Shown: piece by piece, positions 30,035 to 40,267 of the stretch
Position numbering within the stretch: the first letter of the stretch is position 1
Layout of the letters: each line of letters starts with the position of its first letter
Origin: Chloroflexota bacterium
GTDB taxonomy: Bacteria > Chloroflexota > Dormibacteria > DASZGP01
Assembly: GCA_034666405.1 (NCBI GenBank)
Contig: JAXDLW010000028.1
Span: 3,295-67,294 of the forward strand
Direction: 5' to 3'
Length of the DNA stretch: 64,000 bases
Notes under the pieces: model-generated
The model's database searches: none
What the model was told of the DNA's origin: nothing
The model's input: the letters and a program-made list of their open reading frames with translations, nothing else
Program-made: the position numbers and the translations under genes

Positions 30035-30310
30035 TCAGGCACGAGCAAAGCGCGCGACCGCCGCGACGAGCTCATCCACCTTGTCCATGTCGCCGCCGCG
30101 AACCGCGTCGACCACGCACCCCTTGACGTGGTCCTCGAGGAGCAGAAGGGCCACCTGGTCAAGTGCCGCCTTGATCGCGTTGACCTGCGTAAGGATGTCG
30201 ATGCAGTACTTGTCCTCAGCGACCATCCGGGAAATGCCTCGAACCTGTCCCTCGATGCGGCCGAGCCGGGCCGCAAGCTTGTCCTTGTCATTCGCATAGC
30301 CGTGCTTCAT
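30035..30310 (-). CDS. csoR: CsoR/RcnR-family metal-sensing repressor
   Basis: RLGRIEGQVRG, YCIDIL, HVKGC. Confidence 0.9.
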   Translation of the reverse strand: MKHGYANDKDKLAARLGRIEGQVRGISRMVAEDKYCIDILTQVNAIKAALDQVALLLLEDHVKGCVVDAVRGGDMDKVDELVAAVARFARA

Positions 30311-30318
30311 GCCGCCAA

Positions 30319-30345
30319 CCATACCACTAGGGGGTACTGGTATGG
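30319..30345. promoter_or_regulatory. CsoR operator
   Basis: CCATACCA-ctagggggtac-TGGTATGG inverted repeat around a G-tract. Confidence 0.7.
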
Positions 30346-30379
30346 CACCTCTGGCTGGTGAACGATCCGAGGTCCGGTG

Positions 30380-31390
30380 CTAGGCGGCAGGCGTCCGAAC
30401 GGCAGGCAGAGGTTCAAGGCTCACCACCGCATCGGCGGCGATGATGGCGGGGTCGCGCACCTCATCCCAGCGGACGAGCGCGATCCCGGCGAGGACGAGG
30501 ACGCCCCCGACCAGCTGGATGACCTCCAACCTCTGGCCGACCAGGAGCCACGCGAAGGCGACCGCGGCAAGGACCTCTGTCAGGCCGAAGAACGACGCGA
30601 GCTTGCTACCCAGCAGGCGCACCGCCGCGATCCCGGACAGGTACGCCACGACACAGGCAATGAGGGAGAGTCCGAGGATCGGAAACAGCCAGGAGACATG
30701 TCCCCCGAGGAGAGCGACGTCGTCGGTGGTGGTGCGCATGGGCAAAACCCCGGCAGCACCGGCGAGGGCCAGGACGACCGCCGCGACCGCAAGGCCGCCC
30801 CAGGCGACGACCAGCGGCGGGGCGCTCTCCTCTGTCTCGGCGCTCAGGACGAAGTAGGTCGCGAGGCCGACGGCAGCCCCGATCGCCCACAGCACACCCA
30901 GCACGTCAACCTGGTGGACGCCGGCCAGGTTGAGGACCATGGCGAGACCGGCAAGCGCAACCAGGCTGGCGACCAGCGTCAGCCGGCGCGGCCGGTGATC
31001 ATTCCGAACCCAGCCCCACAGGATCACCAGGAGGATGCCGGCGGCGAACTCCACCAATAGAGCGATTGCCACCGGCAGCCGGGCGACGGCGTAGAAGTAG
31101 AACAACTGGGCTCCGGCGACCGCGACCACGCCGTACAGCAGGATCTGCCGGGCTGCGGCCCATGCCAGCCGGCTGGTCCAGACCAGGTACAGGGCAGGCC
31201 CGGTGAGCACGAGCGCCGCCACCGTCACCCGTGCCGTGACCGCGGCGCCCGGCGTCCACCCGGCGGCAATGAGGCTTTCGGCGAATGAGCCTGACGTCCC
31301 GAACGTCACTCCCGAGACCACCGCCATGAGCAGGCCGAGGTTGCTGAATGAGCGCTTGATGGTCCCCTCCTCCAGGTCGGCCGTAATCAC
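30380..31390 (-). CDS. EamA/DMT family transporter
   Basis: Ten TM segments; QLFYFYAVARLPVAIALLVE. Confidence 0.88.
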   Translation of the reverse strand: MITADLEEGTIKRSFSNLGLLMAVVSGVTFGTSGSFAESLIAAGWTPGAAVTARVTVAALVLTGPALYLVWTSRLAWAAARQILLYGVVAVAGAQLFYFYAVARLPVAIALLVEFAAGILLVILWGWVRNDHRPRRLTLVASLVALAGLAMVLNLAGVHQVDVLGVLWAIGAAVGLATYFVLSAETEESAPPLVVAWGGLAVAAVVLALAGAAGVLPMRTTTDDVALLGGHVSWLFPILGLSLIACVVAYLSGIAAVRLLGSKLASFFGLTEVLAAVAFAWLLVGQRLEVIQLVGGVLVLAGIALVRWDEVRDPAIIAADAVVSLEPLPAVRTPAA

Positions 31391-31445
31391 CAATCGACGT
31401 CGACGCCACTTACAAGGGTAACGGTGCCGGCAGTAAGATGTCAAC

Positions 31446-31982
31446 GTGGTCTTTGCTCATGACACCGAGGTCGCGCTGCGGGGCGCCGCGGCGCTGATCA
31501 ACAGCGACGAGACGGACGGCGACCGCCTCACAGATATCGCCGCACTTGCTTCATTCGTGAAGGAGTGGGGTTGGACGGGAAGCCGGACCAACGACCAGGA
31601 CGAGCTCGAGCAGGTCCGTGCCTTGCGCCCTCGCCTACGCCGGCTGTGGCAACTGGACGAGGACGGCATCGTCGCGGAGGTCAACGCCATCCTGAGCGAG
31701 GCCGGGGCCATGCCGCAACTGGTGAAACACGACCAGTGGGATTTCCATCTCCACGCCGTGCCTCCCAACGCACCTCTCGCCCGGCGAATGGCGGTCGAGG
31801 CAGCAATGGCCTTCGTCGACGTCGTGAGGCAGAAGCAACTGGAGCGCCTGCGTATCTGCGGTGCCGGCGACTGCGAGGACGTGGTCGTGGACCTCTCCAA
31901 GAACCGCTCCCGCCTGTATTGCAGTACGACATGCTCGAGCCGCATGAACGTTGCCGCTTTCCGCGCGCGCCGACGCTCGTGA
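31446..31982 (+). CDS. ABATE / CGNR zinc-finger protein
   Basis: RICGAGDC..VVDLSKNRSRLYCSTTCSSR. Confidence 0.88.
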   Translation: MVFAHDTEVALRGAAALINSDETDGDRLTDIAALASFVKEWGWTGSRTNDQDELEQVRALRPRLRRLWQLDEDGIVAEVNAILSEAGAMPQLVKHDQWDFHLHAVPPNAPLARRMAVEAAMAFVDVVRQKQLERLRICGAGDCEDVVVDLSKNRSRLYCSTTCSSRMNVAAFRARRRS

Positions 31983-31998
31983 GCGACCGGGGCTTCGG

Positions 31999-32910
31999 CT
32001 AGACCCTCCCGGCCTCCCGCTCGCCGTTGACGAACGCTTCGACCAATTCGTCCAGGCCCTGTTGCGGCTTCCAGCCAGTCCGGCTCGTGAATGCCGAGCT
32101 ATCGATCTCGATGCGGGAATGTGGGACCCTGGCATCGTTTGATCCCGGAGGACGAACGGCGTACTGCGCGTTGGTGCCCGCCACCCTGTTGATCGTCTCC
32201 AGCAGGTTGCGCCAGGTCACAAAGCCAGATGCCACGGGGTATGCGGTGGTCTCGCCGCGGTCGAGAGCGGCAACCACCGCCCGCCCAAAGTCCGCGTCCC
32301 CGATGTAGGACGCCCCTCCCCCCTCCACCGCGGCATCCATGTCGAAGGTAAAGGTGTGGCCCGCCAACGCGTGGTGAAAGAACCTGTCGAGGTACTGGTT
32401 GCGCGGTTTCACGCGGCTACGTCCGAACACGAGGCTGGGGCGGAGGCTGACGCCCGGTCCTCGGCCGTTCGCGCCCTCTTCCGCCGCCCTGGTGACCTGG
32501 AACTCGTTGACCACCTTGCCCGCGTTGTACCAATCCAGGATGTGGACGGGTGCGGAGGCGTCGAGAACGGCTTGCGGCTCACCATGGATGGTCGACGAGC
32601 TGGCATACACGAATGGGCCTCTCTGCCACGCATCGAGCAGCTCACCCGTGCCGAGGATGTCGTCAAACAGGACCCGCTCACGCTGGTCGGTCCGTTCGCT
32701 GGCCAGGTGCACTATCGAGCCGGCGGCCCCGATCTCATCAGTCAGGTCGTCGAGGAACCCGAGCATTCCCACCACCGAGCGCGCTCCCGAAAGCACCGCG
32801 GGCTCACGCACGAGGGCGGTGACTGTGCGACCGGATTTCGAAAGCTCGTGAAGAACGGCAGGCCCCACGTGGCCGGTCGCCCCGGTCAGGAATACGTCAG
32901 AAGGATTCAT
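31999..32910 (-). CDS. NAD-dependent epimerase/dehydratase
   Basis: LTGATGHVG, YNAGK. Confidence 0.8.
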   Translation of the reverse strand: MNPSDVFLTGATGHVGPAVLHELSKSGRTVTALVREPAVLSGARSVVGMLGFLDDLTDEIGAAGSIVHLASERTDQRERVLFDDILGTGELLDAWQRGPFVYASSSTIHGEPQAVLDASAPVHILDWYNAGKVVNEFQVTRAAEEGANGRGPGVSLRPSLVFGRSRVKPRNQYLDRFFHHALAGHTFTFDMDAAVEGGGASYIGDADFGRAVVAALDRGETTAYPVASGFVTWRNLLETINRVAGTNAQYAVRPPGSNDARVPHSRIEIDSSAFTSRTGWKPQQGLDELVEAFVNGEREAGRV

Positions 32911-32930
32911 TTGATCTCCAGAATTGGCCA

Positions 32931-34664
32931 TCACATCCGGCCGGCGGCCCCGCTGCTCGCTATCGCGCCCAACCTGACCGGCCGCCCGTCGCCCTGGTCC
33001 CGGGGCGGGTTGCTCTCCCAGTACTTGATCATCTTGTCGAAGTACGCGTTCTCCATCTTCTGGAGGCCCGGCCCGTCATTCTTCGAGAGGGGGTTCTGTG
33101 CGTATTCACGCTTCCGATCCCTCATTCCCTGGGCCCTGTCGCGGTTGTCCTTCTCGCGCTTCTGGCGGTCGTTGTCGGCCTCGGGCGGTGGAGGTCCGGG
33201 CGGGGTGTGAGGGGGAGGTGCGGGGGGTGGGGGTGGCTGCTTGGCCGGCCTCATCGCCGCGGCCATGGCCATGGGCAACCCGCCTCCGGCGAGGGCGGCG
33301 AGCAGCGCCGTGGGCCAGCAATCGGTGAGGCCCGAGCAGTTGTCGGCGAAGGCGGCGACGGGGGTAATGAGGATTAACGCCAAGAACGCACCGCCCACCA
33401 CCATCAGGGTTGTTGCGGTGGAGGCCACCGAGGCTTTGGTCCGCCGACTGGCACCTGGCGTGGTCACCAGCGCGATGAGGAAGAACGCAACGGCAAGGGC
33501 GAACAGGACGGAGAAAAACTCCGAGGCAGGATTGCGGATCGTGGCCGCGACATTCGACTCGTAGAGGGAGCCGATGACGGTGACCGAGACGCCAAAAGAG
33601 ATCCCCGTGGCCACAACGTAGCGCAGGAGAAGCGGTGTGACACGGACCAAAGAACCCAGGATCGTACGATCGGCTACAAAGCGGGCCAGTGGGCCAGCGG
33701 ATGCCAGCACGGCGAACATTGCAACGGCTTCCAGGGGGCTTGCCAATACACCTCCCAGCGCGGTCGTGAGCAGGGCTGCCACAGTGAGCGTCCTGGCGAT
33801 GCCAAGGCCCCGCCCGAGGTCGATGCGCGAGTCGACGTCCGAACCCTCGATCAACAGGCCGCTCGCGCCACGTGACAGAGCAACGGCGCCGGCGACCACC
33901 GCCGCGCAGATGGCGAACACGGCACCGGCGCTCTGCACCGGCATGACGGCCGCAAGCGATACCCTGCCGATGTTCGACCAGACAAACATCGGTCGAATCA
34001 GGATCGGTGCCGCCTGCGTCCAGAACCAGGTGAATGCGCCAGTGACCACGGCGGCAAGCACCGCCAGGACGACCCGGTTTCTCGAAAGAGCGCGCGATGA
34101 AACCGCGAGTGATCGGGCGAACACGGGGATTTCCACCACCAGGAGCCACAGCAGCCAGAACGAGACGAGCCGGCCGGCCAGGGCGCCCGGTAAGGGCGCC
34201 GTCTGGTCCGGCTGCGATCCGGACGCGACGATATCGAGCCCCGCGTACATGAGCACGAACACGACGCCCAGGGGCGGCGAGACGACGCCGACCAAGATCG
34301 CCAGGAACAGGAAGATCGGGAGCTCCAGATAGGTGTTCGCCACGGACAGCCGCGCCCATTCGACGTTCGGTTGGGTGGAGTAGTACTGATGCAACCCGTG
34401 AAGGGCCGCAAACGTCGCAGCCAGCACTACCACGAGCACTACCGGCACCGTTTCGGCAAGCTGTCGGGGGAGTCGCTCGATTCCCCGTGCATCCGCAGCG
34501 GTTGCCGCCCGTAGCCCGGGCCTCAAGCGCCCGATCTCCCAGGCAGGAATCATCCAGAGTGGACGCGGCCTATTCGACGCCGCGACGGGAGTGGCCCCAC
34601 GCGTCATATTCGTGGCTTGACGCTCGGTCACGGGGTCGTCAAAAACCAGGGGCAGCTCGTTCAT
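32931..34664 (-). CDS. Polytopic membrane protein with Cys motif, Pro-rich linker and charged C-terminal tail
   Basis: About ten TMs, AFADNCSGLTDCW, poly-Pro, hydrophilic tail. Confidence 0.7.
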   Translation of the reverse strand: MNELPLVFDDPVTERQATNMTRGATPVAASNRPRPLWMIPAWEIGRLRPGLRAATAADARGIERLPRQLAETVPVVLVVVLAATFAALHGLHQYYSTQPNVEWARLSVANTYLELPIFLFLAILVGVVSPPLGVVFVLMYAGLDIVASGSQPDQTAPLPGALAGRLVSFWLLWLLVVEIPVFARSLAVSSRALSRNRVVLAVLAAVVTGAFTWFWTQAAPILIRPMFVWSNIGRVSLAAVMPVQSAGAVFAICAAVVAGAVALSRGASGLLIEGSDVDSRIDLGRGLGIARTLTVAALLTTALGGVLASPLEAVAMFAVLASAGPLARFVADRTILGSLVRVTPLLLRYVVATGISFGVSVTVIGSLYESNVAATIRNPASEFFSVLFALAVAFFLIALVTTPGASRRTKASVASTATTLMVVGGAFLALILITPVAAFADNCSGLTDCWPTALLAALAGGGLPMAMAAAMRPAKQPPPPPAPPPHTPPGPPPPEADNDRQKREKDNRDRAQGMRDRKREYAQNPLSKNDGPGLQKMENAYFDKMIKYWESNPPRDQGDGRPVRLGAIASSGAAGRM

Positions 34665-34804
34665 CCGCCCACGACCCCGTTGCCGCATTGCGGGCGCCGG
34701 CGGTCCATCCGCCCGCCCATGGACGGCGTCCCCGACCTCCAACTCATCTCCCACCACAATGACACGGATCGGGCTGTCCGCACGGATCGATAGACTTTCG
34801 ACCA

Positions 34805-36331
34805 ATGTTGGGGATTGCAGTCTGCGGGTCCCTGCCGGGCACCGGGACCGGGCTCATCGGCCCCGCCGGGGCATTGCTGTTGATCCTGGGGATTTTTGGA
34901 GCAGTGGCGGCATGGCGAGGCCTCCGCGCGCGGCGCGCCTCCACGGCAATCGTCGCGGTACTCCTTCTCGTCCTCGCTGGACAGACCAACCTCCCCGTAA
35001 GCGCGGCGGATTGTGCCGCCGCCCCGGCGACGTCGCCAGTGCCGGCCGCGCCGACCTTCGGCACCACGGTGTTCAAGAAAGGAGGCGGCGAACCGAACAT
35101 CGCCATCTCGCCGAGCGGCCGCTACATGATCGCGGATGGCCTGGGCGGCACTCCCGCGGGGCAGCCCGCCAACATCTTCCGCTCGACGGACTTCGGTAAG
35201 ACGTTCCAGGCCATAACACCCGCGTTCGCCAACACCGGCGGGGGTGACTTCGACATTCATTTCCTCGACGAGCACACGGTGGTCGCCGCGGACCTCGCGA
35301 CCCTCAACCTGCCGGCGAACGGCGTCTACGTCGACCGCTCGACGGACGACGGCTCGACCTGGACCCAGGTGAACGTGAACCAGGAAATCTATGACCGGCC
35401 GTGGCTGGACCATTTCGGGCCCAACAACGTGTACCTGGCGACCAAGGGATTCGATGGGATCGGCTACCTGTATACGTCAACAGATGGTGGGCAGAGCTTT
35501 GGCACCGTCCCGACCGTGATCTACGGCAACCCGCTCTTTGGGGGCCCCGACCCGACCGCGATCCCCCTGAGCTCCAATAACGCTTACGTGGACCACATCA
35601 CGGTCGATCCCCGTAGTGGGGATGTCTACGTGCTGTACGGCATCGAGGCTCCAACAACGTTCGGCATGGGCCAGCCGGCTGGTGCAGCCAACCAGCTCTA
35701 CGTGGCGCATCTCGTCGCGGGCGTAATGCATAGTGCTCCGGTCTACCTCGGCGCCGGCGACGACAGCTTCCTCGCGGGGTTCAATTGGATGACGGTGGAC
35801 CAGGCCGGAACTCTGTATGTCCTGACGAATGGGCGCATCCACGGTCACTGGTCGACCCGCCTCGCCTACTCCAAGGACAAGGGCGCCACCTGGTCCCCGC
35901 AGGTCGACCTGGGGGCTCCTGGGGCCTCGAATGTCTACGGCTCGATTGCCGGCGCGGCGGCCGGCAACCTCTCATTGATCTACCTGCGCGGCAGCAACGA
36001 GAACCCGAGCAGCGCCCAGAACTGGTACGCCGAGATGGCGACGGTCGCGTCCGCTGACACCTCATCCCCCGTGGTCGCCCGGAGCCGTCCATTTGACAAG
36101 GCGATGCACACGCAGGACATCTGCTTCGACGGCATTCTCTGCGGCTTACCCGGCTTCGGATCCGACCGCAACCTGCTTGACTACATCTACAACGCCGTTG
36201 GGCCGGATGGGACTGCGTGGGGCGTCTTCTGCTCCGACGGCCCGCTCACCGGCAGCACCTCGAACACCACCCCTGACGTCGTGATCGTCAGCCAGCCGGG
36301 TCAGCACCTCGGGAGCGGCGTCCAGAGCTAA
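34805..36331 (+). CDS. Exported BNR/sialidase-like beta-propeller protein
   Basis: Asp-box repeats STDFGKTF, STDDGSTW, STDGGQSF, SKDKGATW. Confidence 0.8.
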   Translation: MLGIAVCGSLPGTGTGLIGPAGALLLILGIFGAVAAWRGLRARRASTAIVAVLLLVLAGQTNLPVSAADCAAAPATSPVPAAPTFGTTVFKKGGGEPNIAISPSGRYMIADGLGGTPAGQPANIFRSTDFGKTFQAITPAFANTGGGDFDIHFLDEHTVVAADLATLNLPANGVYVDRSTDDGSTWTQVNVNQEIYDRPWLDHFGPNNVYLATKGFDGIGYLYTSTDGGQSFGTVPTVIYGNPLFGGPDPTAIPLSSNNAYVDHITVDPRSGDVYVLYGIEAPTTFGMGQPAGAANQLYVAHLVAGVMHSAPVYLGAGDDSFLAGFNWMTVDQAGTLYVLTNGRIHGHWSTRLAYSKDKGATWSPQVDLGAPGASNVYGSIAGAAAGNLSLIYLRGSNENPSSAQNWYAEMATVASADTSSPVVARSRPFDKAMHTQDICFDGILCGLPGFGSDRNLLDYIYNAVGPDGTAWGVFCSDGPLTGSTSNTTPDVVIVSQPGQHLGSGVQS

Positions 36332-36646
36332 GAGTTCCCGACCTTCTGCCGCCGCTTGCTCCTCGGCGGCGACCTGTTGCGCATCCTCCCATAGGCCCTT
36401 GACGATCCAGTACCCGATGACACCCATGCCGGCCACCGGGATCAGCGCGAAGAAGCTTGAAACCACGATCAACAACAGCGGTGCTCCTCCCGGCCGGCAC
36501 TCGCCGATGCACACGAAGTACTGGGCAACGAAGAACTCCGTGGCCACGAGAAAAGCGATAAAACCGAGGGCCGTCAGAACCGCCGTGACCCACAGCACGC
36601 GCGGTGATCGATTGAACCATGAGCCGGATTTCAGGTAGTTGTCCAT
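36146..36646 (-). CDS. Small two-TM membrane protein
   Basis: Two hydrophobic helices flanking CIGEC; the 3' end overlaps the convergent gene. Confidence 0.6.
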   Translation of the reverse strand: MDNYLKSGSWFNRSPRVLWVTAVLTALGFIAFLVATEFFVAQYFVCIGECRPGGAPLLLIVVSSFFALIPVAGMGVIGYWIVKGLWEDAQQVAAEEQAAAEGRELLALDAAPEVLTRLADDHDVRGGVRGAAGERAVGAEDAPRSPIRPNGVVDVVKQVAVGSEAG

Positions 36647-36732
36647 GCATTCAGTCTGGTCTCGGATCCGACGGTGCGTAAGCGTCGAACGTCGCCCCCG
36701 CCAGCGCGACTTAAGTCGCGCCTCCACGACTG

Positions 36733-37371
36733 TCAGCGCGAGACGATACCCCTACGGATCGCGATCATGGCCGCCTGCGTCCGGCTGGTCACACCGAGCT
36801 TCTGAAAGATGTTCCCCATGTGGCCCTTGACCGTCTTCTCCGATATCCCGAGCTCTGTGGCAATCTGCTTGTTACCGCGACCATCCACCACCAGCCTGAG
36901 CACCTCGGTCTCCCGCGGACTCAGGGACTCGGCGGCCGTTTCCGGGGATATTGATCGAGCCAGGCCGGCGGCGGCCTCTGGCGTGAGGTGTACCCGCCCT
37001 GCCGCCGCCGCGCGAATCGCCTGGAGCAACTCGGGTCCGCGGGAGTCCTTGTGGACGTACCCGGTCGCCCCGGCCCTGATCGCGTCCGCGACGTCCCGGT
37101 CCTCGAGAGAACTTGTCAGCGCAACCACTCGGACCTCGGGTAGCTCATTGCGAATCGTCCGGGTCGCCGTAACGCCATCGACTCCGGCCATGCGCAGGTC
37201 CATCACCACGACATCAGGCCGCAACTCGCGCGCAGCTGCGACCGCGGCGGCTCCGTCCTCCGCGTCGCCGACCACCGCGATATCCGGCACACCCGCCAGG
37301 TACGCTCGCAGGCCATCACGGACAACCCAGTGGTCGTCCGCGATCAACACCCTTATCGGGTCAGGCATCAT
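36733..37371 (-). CDS. NarL-family response regulator
   Basis: IADDH, MDLRM, LSPRETEVL, ISEKTVK. Confidence 0.92.
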   Translation of the reverse strand: MMPDPIRVLIADDHWVVRDGLRAYLAGVPDIAVVGDAEDGAAAVAAARELRPDVVVMDLRMAGVDGVTATRTIRNELPEVRVVALTSSLEDRDVADAIRAGATGYVHKDSRGPELLQAIRAAAAGRVHLTPEAAAGLARSISPETAAESLSPRETEVLRLVVDGRGNKQIATELGISEKTVKGHMGNIFQKLGVTSRTQAAMIAIRRGIVSR

Positions 37372-37380
37372 CCTATTGTC

Positions 37381-38502
37381 GTGGAGTGGAGCCCGGATCC
37401 AGCGCTTGACCAGGTGCGCCGGTTGCTGCGGGCACTGAGCGCGGCGGTCGCCGGCGGCGGTGGCGCCGAGGCAGTACTGCAGGAGTGCTGCCAGGCGGTC
37501 GTGGACAACCTGGACGCCGCTTTTGCGCGTATCTGGACGCTGGATGGCCAGGGACAGACTCTGCAGTTGCGCGCCAGTGCCGGCATCTACACTCGCCTGG
37601 ACGGCAGGTTCGCGGAGGTCCGCCTGGGCGAGTTCAAGATCGGTCGCATCGCGTCCGAGCGAGCGCCGCACCTGACGAATGACGTCCTCCACGACGACCG
37701 CATCGAGGACCATGCCTGGGCTGCAGCCGAAGGGATGGTGGCCTTTGCCGGGCACCCCCTGGTGGTGGACGATCAAGTTCTTGGCGTCCTGGGCCTGTTT
37801 GCGCGACAGGCGCTGCCCGAGGTTGTCCTCGACGAGCTCGCCTTTGTCGCCGGGATCATCGGGCAGTTCATCGAGCGCGATCATGCGGCGGCACGCGAAC
37901 GAAGCCGCCTCGCCGAGGAGCTCCACGACACGGTCTCGCAGGATCTCTACGGCATCAGCCTTGCCGCCCAGACGGCGATTCGCAACCGGGATGAGAACCT
38001 CCCCTCACGCGGCCTGGACGACATTCTCGACCTCACCGAGCGCGCCCAGGCCGAACTTCGTGGGTTACTCGTCCGGGTTCGACCGGAGAGCATCGAGCGG
38101 GGTGGGCTGGGGATGGCCCTGCAGCAGCTCGCTGCTTCGTTCACCGCCCGTCACCGAATCCCGATCACGACCCGGATTGAGGGCGAGCCGGCGATCGGGT
38201 CAGCAGGGCGCCAGGCCGTCTACAGGATCGCCCAGGAGGCCCTGTCAAATGTCGCCAGGCACGCCCACGCCACAGCGGTGGAACTCGTCCTGCGACCGGC
38301 GGATGCCAGCACGTATCACCTCGAAGTGAGCGACGACGGTGACGGGTTCGACCCTCACCGCGATCGGCCGGGGCACTTCGGGCTGCGAACCATGAGCAGC
38401 CGCGCCGCCGGCCACGGCTGGAGCCTCGGGATCGTGAGTGCAGCGGGTGCCGGAACCCGCGTCACGTTGGACTTCCCGGGCGAGCGAACGCCCGCGCCGT
38501 AG
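37381..38502 (+). CDS. GAF-domain NarX-like histidine kinase
   Basis: GAF domain; ELHDTVSQ H-box; QEALSNVARHA; DDGDGF. Confidence 0.9.
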   Translation: MEWSPDPALDQVRRLLRALSAAVAGGGGAEAVLQECCQAVVDNLDAAFARIWTLDGQGQTLQLRASAGIYTRLDGRFAEVRLGEFKIGRIASERAPHLTNDVLHDDRIEDHAWAAAEGMVAFAGHPLVVDDQVLGVLGLFARQALPEVVLDELAFVAGIIGQFIERDHAAARERSRLAEELHDTVSQDLYGISLAAQTAIRNRDENLPSRGLDDILDLTERAQAELRGLLVRVRPESIERGGLGMALQQLAASFTARHRIPITTRIEGEPAIGSAGRQAVYRIAQEALSNVARHAHATAVELVLRPADASTYHLEVSDDGDGFDPHRDRPGHFGLRTMSSRAAGHGWSLGIVSAAGAGTRVTLDFPGERTPAP

Positions 38503-38553
38503 TTCTTCTGCTGGCTGCCGCCGCCGAAGGCGTGCTCTATAGTTCGTATTACG

Positions 38554-39003
38554 ATGAGGAACCAATTCTTCATGCCCGGGGAGCTGCCGCTCGTCCTCCT
38601 CGATCTCCTCTCCGATCGCCCACGGAGCGGCTACGAGTTGCTGGGCGAGCTTGAGCGACGGTTCGGCCCGGGCTATCGGCCTTCCCCCGGAGGCGTCTAC
38701 CCGGCGCTCTCCGCGCTACGAGCCGAGCAGCTCATCGAGCAGGAGCCAGGCGGAGGCAAGGCGTCGTATCGCGTGACAACACAAGGTCGCCGCATGCTCA
38801 CCGACCAGCGCGTCGTGTTTGAGAGGATCGAAGCGCGCACGAGCGCTGCCCTCGACTCCGACGCCTGGCCGCAGCTCCTTCTCGACAGGTTCGTGACTCG
38901 CATCACCAAGCTGAGCAGTCGCGTCGATCGCGCCGCCCTCGAGCGGATCCTCGACAACGCCGCGAAGGCGGTCGCCGACCTGGAGGTCACCCATGGACGG
39001 TGA
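38554..39003 (+). CDS. PadR-family regulator
   Basis: SGYELL, PSPGGVYPAL. Confidence 0.88.
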   Translation: MRNQFFMPGELPLVLLDLLSDRPRSGYELLGELERRFGPGYRPSPGGVYPALSALRAEQLIEQEPGGGKASYRVTTQGRRMLTDQRVVFERIEARTSAALDSDAWPQLLLDRFVTRITKLSSRVDRAALERILDNAAKAVADLEVTHGR

Positions 39004-39556
39004 AGCGCAGTTCGATCAACTGGCGAGACGCGATGAGGAGCTTCGCGTGCTGACGTCGCGAGGACGACGGCGATCGCTGTTGATCATGATCCTGGCCTTC
39101 GTGCCGAGCCCGTTCCTTGTCATGTTGACCAATGACGACCGCAGCGTGGTGAGTGTCATTCCCGTCGGCATCGCCGCCGTCGTCGCCATCTCCTACTCAT
39201 GGACGAAGTGGCAGCGTCGACCGGAGGACTCCCAGTCGGTCGCCTTCGTCGGGCTCGACCGAAGGCGGCGATGGGCGACCTACCGCTCGCTGCGGGATGG
39301 AACCGGAATCGACGATCCCGTCGTACTGACCATCGTCGAGTCGATCCACCACCATCTGGGTCGGAGCGCCCTGGCGGTCGTGGCCACGATGGTCGTTATC
39401 GCGGCGATGGCCGTCGCACTCGTCGAGGTCGCCGGCAATGACGTCAGCATCTGGGTACCCGCGGTGATCGTGATGGTCGCTGGCGGAGCGATCGCCGGAC
39501 ATCGCTGGGTCATGAACCGGGCGGGGGTCGTCATCGACCGCAGCCGGCAGCATTGA
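38993..39556 (+). CDS. Membrane protein
   Basis: Four TM segments; GGAGG RBS; coupled to padR. Confidence 0.7.
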   Translation: MDGEAQFDQLARRDEELRVLTSRGRRRSLLIMILAFVPSPFLVMLTNDDRSVVSVIPVGIAAVVAISYSWTKWQRRPEDSQSVAFVGLDRRRRWATYRSLRDGTGIDDPVVLTIVESIHHHLGRSALAVVATMVVIAAMAVALVEVAGNDVSIWVPAVIVMVAGGAIAGHRWVMNRAGVVIDRSRQH

Positions 39557-39581
39557 CAGGGAGTCGCGGGAGGCTGATGCC

Positions 39582-40145
39582 ATGCGGAAACTGACCTTTG
39601 GCATGAACATGAGCCTGGACGGCTACATCACCGCGTCCGGCGACGACCTCGGCTGGAGCGTGCCGAGCGACGAGTTGTTCCAGTGGTGGTCCGACCGGGT
39701 GGGGGCCACGGGCCTGGCGCTGTACGGGCGCAAACTGTGGGAGACGATGAGCTCCCACTGGCCGACCGCCGACCAGGCGCCTGGCGCCACAGCGGCGCAG
39801 ATCGAGTTCGCCCGCCGCTGGGGGGACATGCCGAAGGTGGTGTTCTCCTCGACGACCAGCGCGGTCCACTGGAACGCCCGCCTCGTCACCGGCGACGCTG
39901 TCACCGAGATCACCCGGCTCAAGACCGAGGATGGCGGTCCCATGGACGTCGGCGGGGCCACCCTCGCCGCGGCGGCCATGCGGGCCGGGCTGATCGACGA
40001 GTACGCGATCGTCACCCACCCCGTCCTGGTGGGCGGCGGCACGCCGTTCTTCACGGCCCTGGACAACTGGGTGAACCTGGACCTCGTGGAGACCCGGACG
40101 TTTCCCGACGGCGTGCTCCTGACCAGGTACGAGACCAGGCGCTGA
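39582..40145 (+). CDS. Dihydrofolate reductase-like (RibD C-terminal) protein
   Basis: SLDGYI, YGRKLWE, GGATLA, LIDEY. Confidence 0.9.
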   Translation: MRKLTFGMNMSLDGYITASGDDLGWSVPSDELFQWWSDRVGATGLALYGRKLWETMSSHWPTADQAPGATAAQIEFARRWGDMPKVVFSSTTSAVHWNARLVTGDAVTEITRLKTEDGGPMDVGGATLAAAAMRAGLIDEYAIVTHPVLVGGGTPFFTALDNWVNLDLVETRTFPDGVLLTRYETRR

Positions 40146-40224
40146 ATACCCGACCTCGGATCGGCGCGGCCTCAGGCCACCCAGGGACCCCGGGCCGTCG
40201 GCTGAACGCTTTGAAGCTGGTGGC

Positions 40225-40267
40225 GTCGGGGAGGCGGGATTTGAACCCGCGACCCCCTGCTCCCAAA
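40225..40267 (-). repeat. 3' half of tRNA-Pro(TGG), distal attR-like copy
   Basis: TTTGGGAGCAGGGGGTCGCGGGTTCAAATCCCGCCTCCCCGAC, identical to 48817-48859. Confidence 0.9.
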
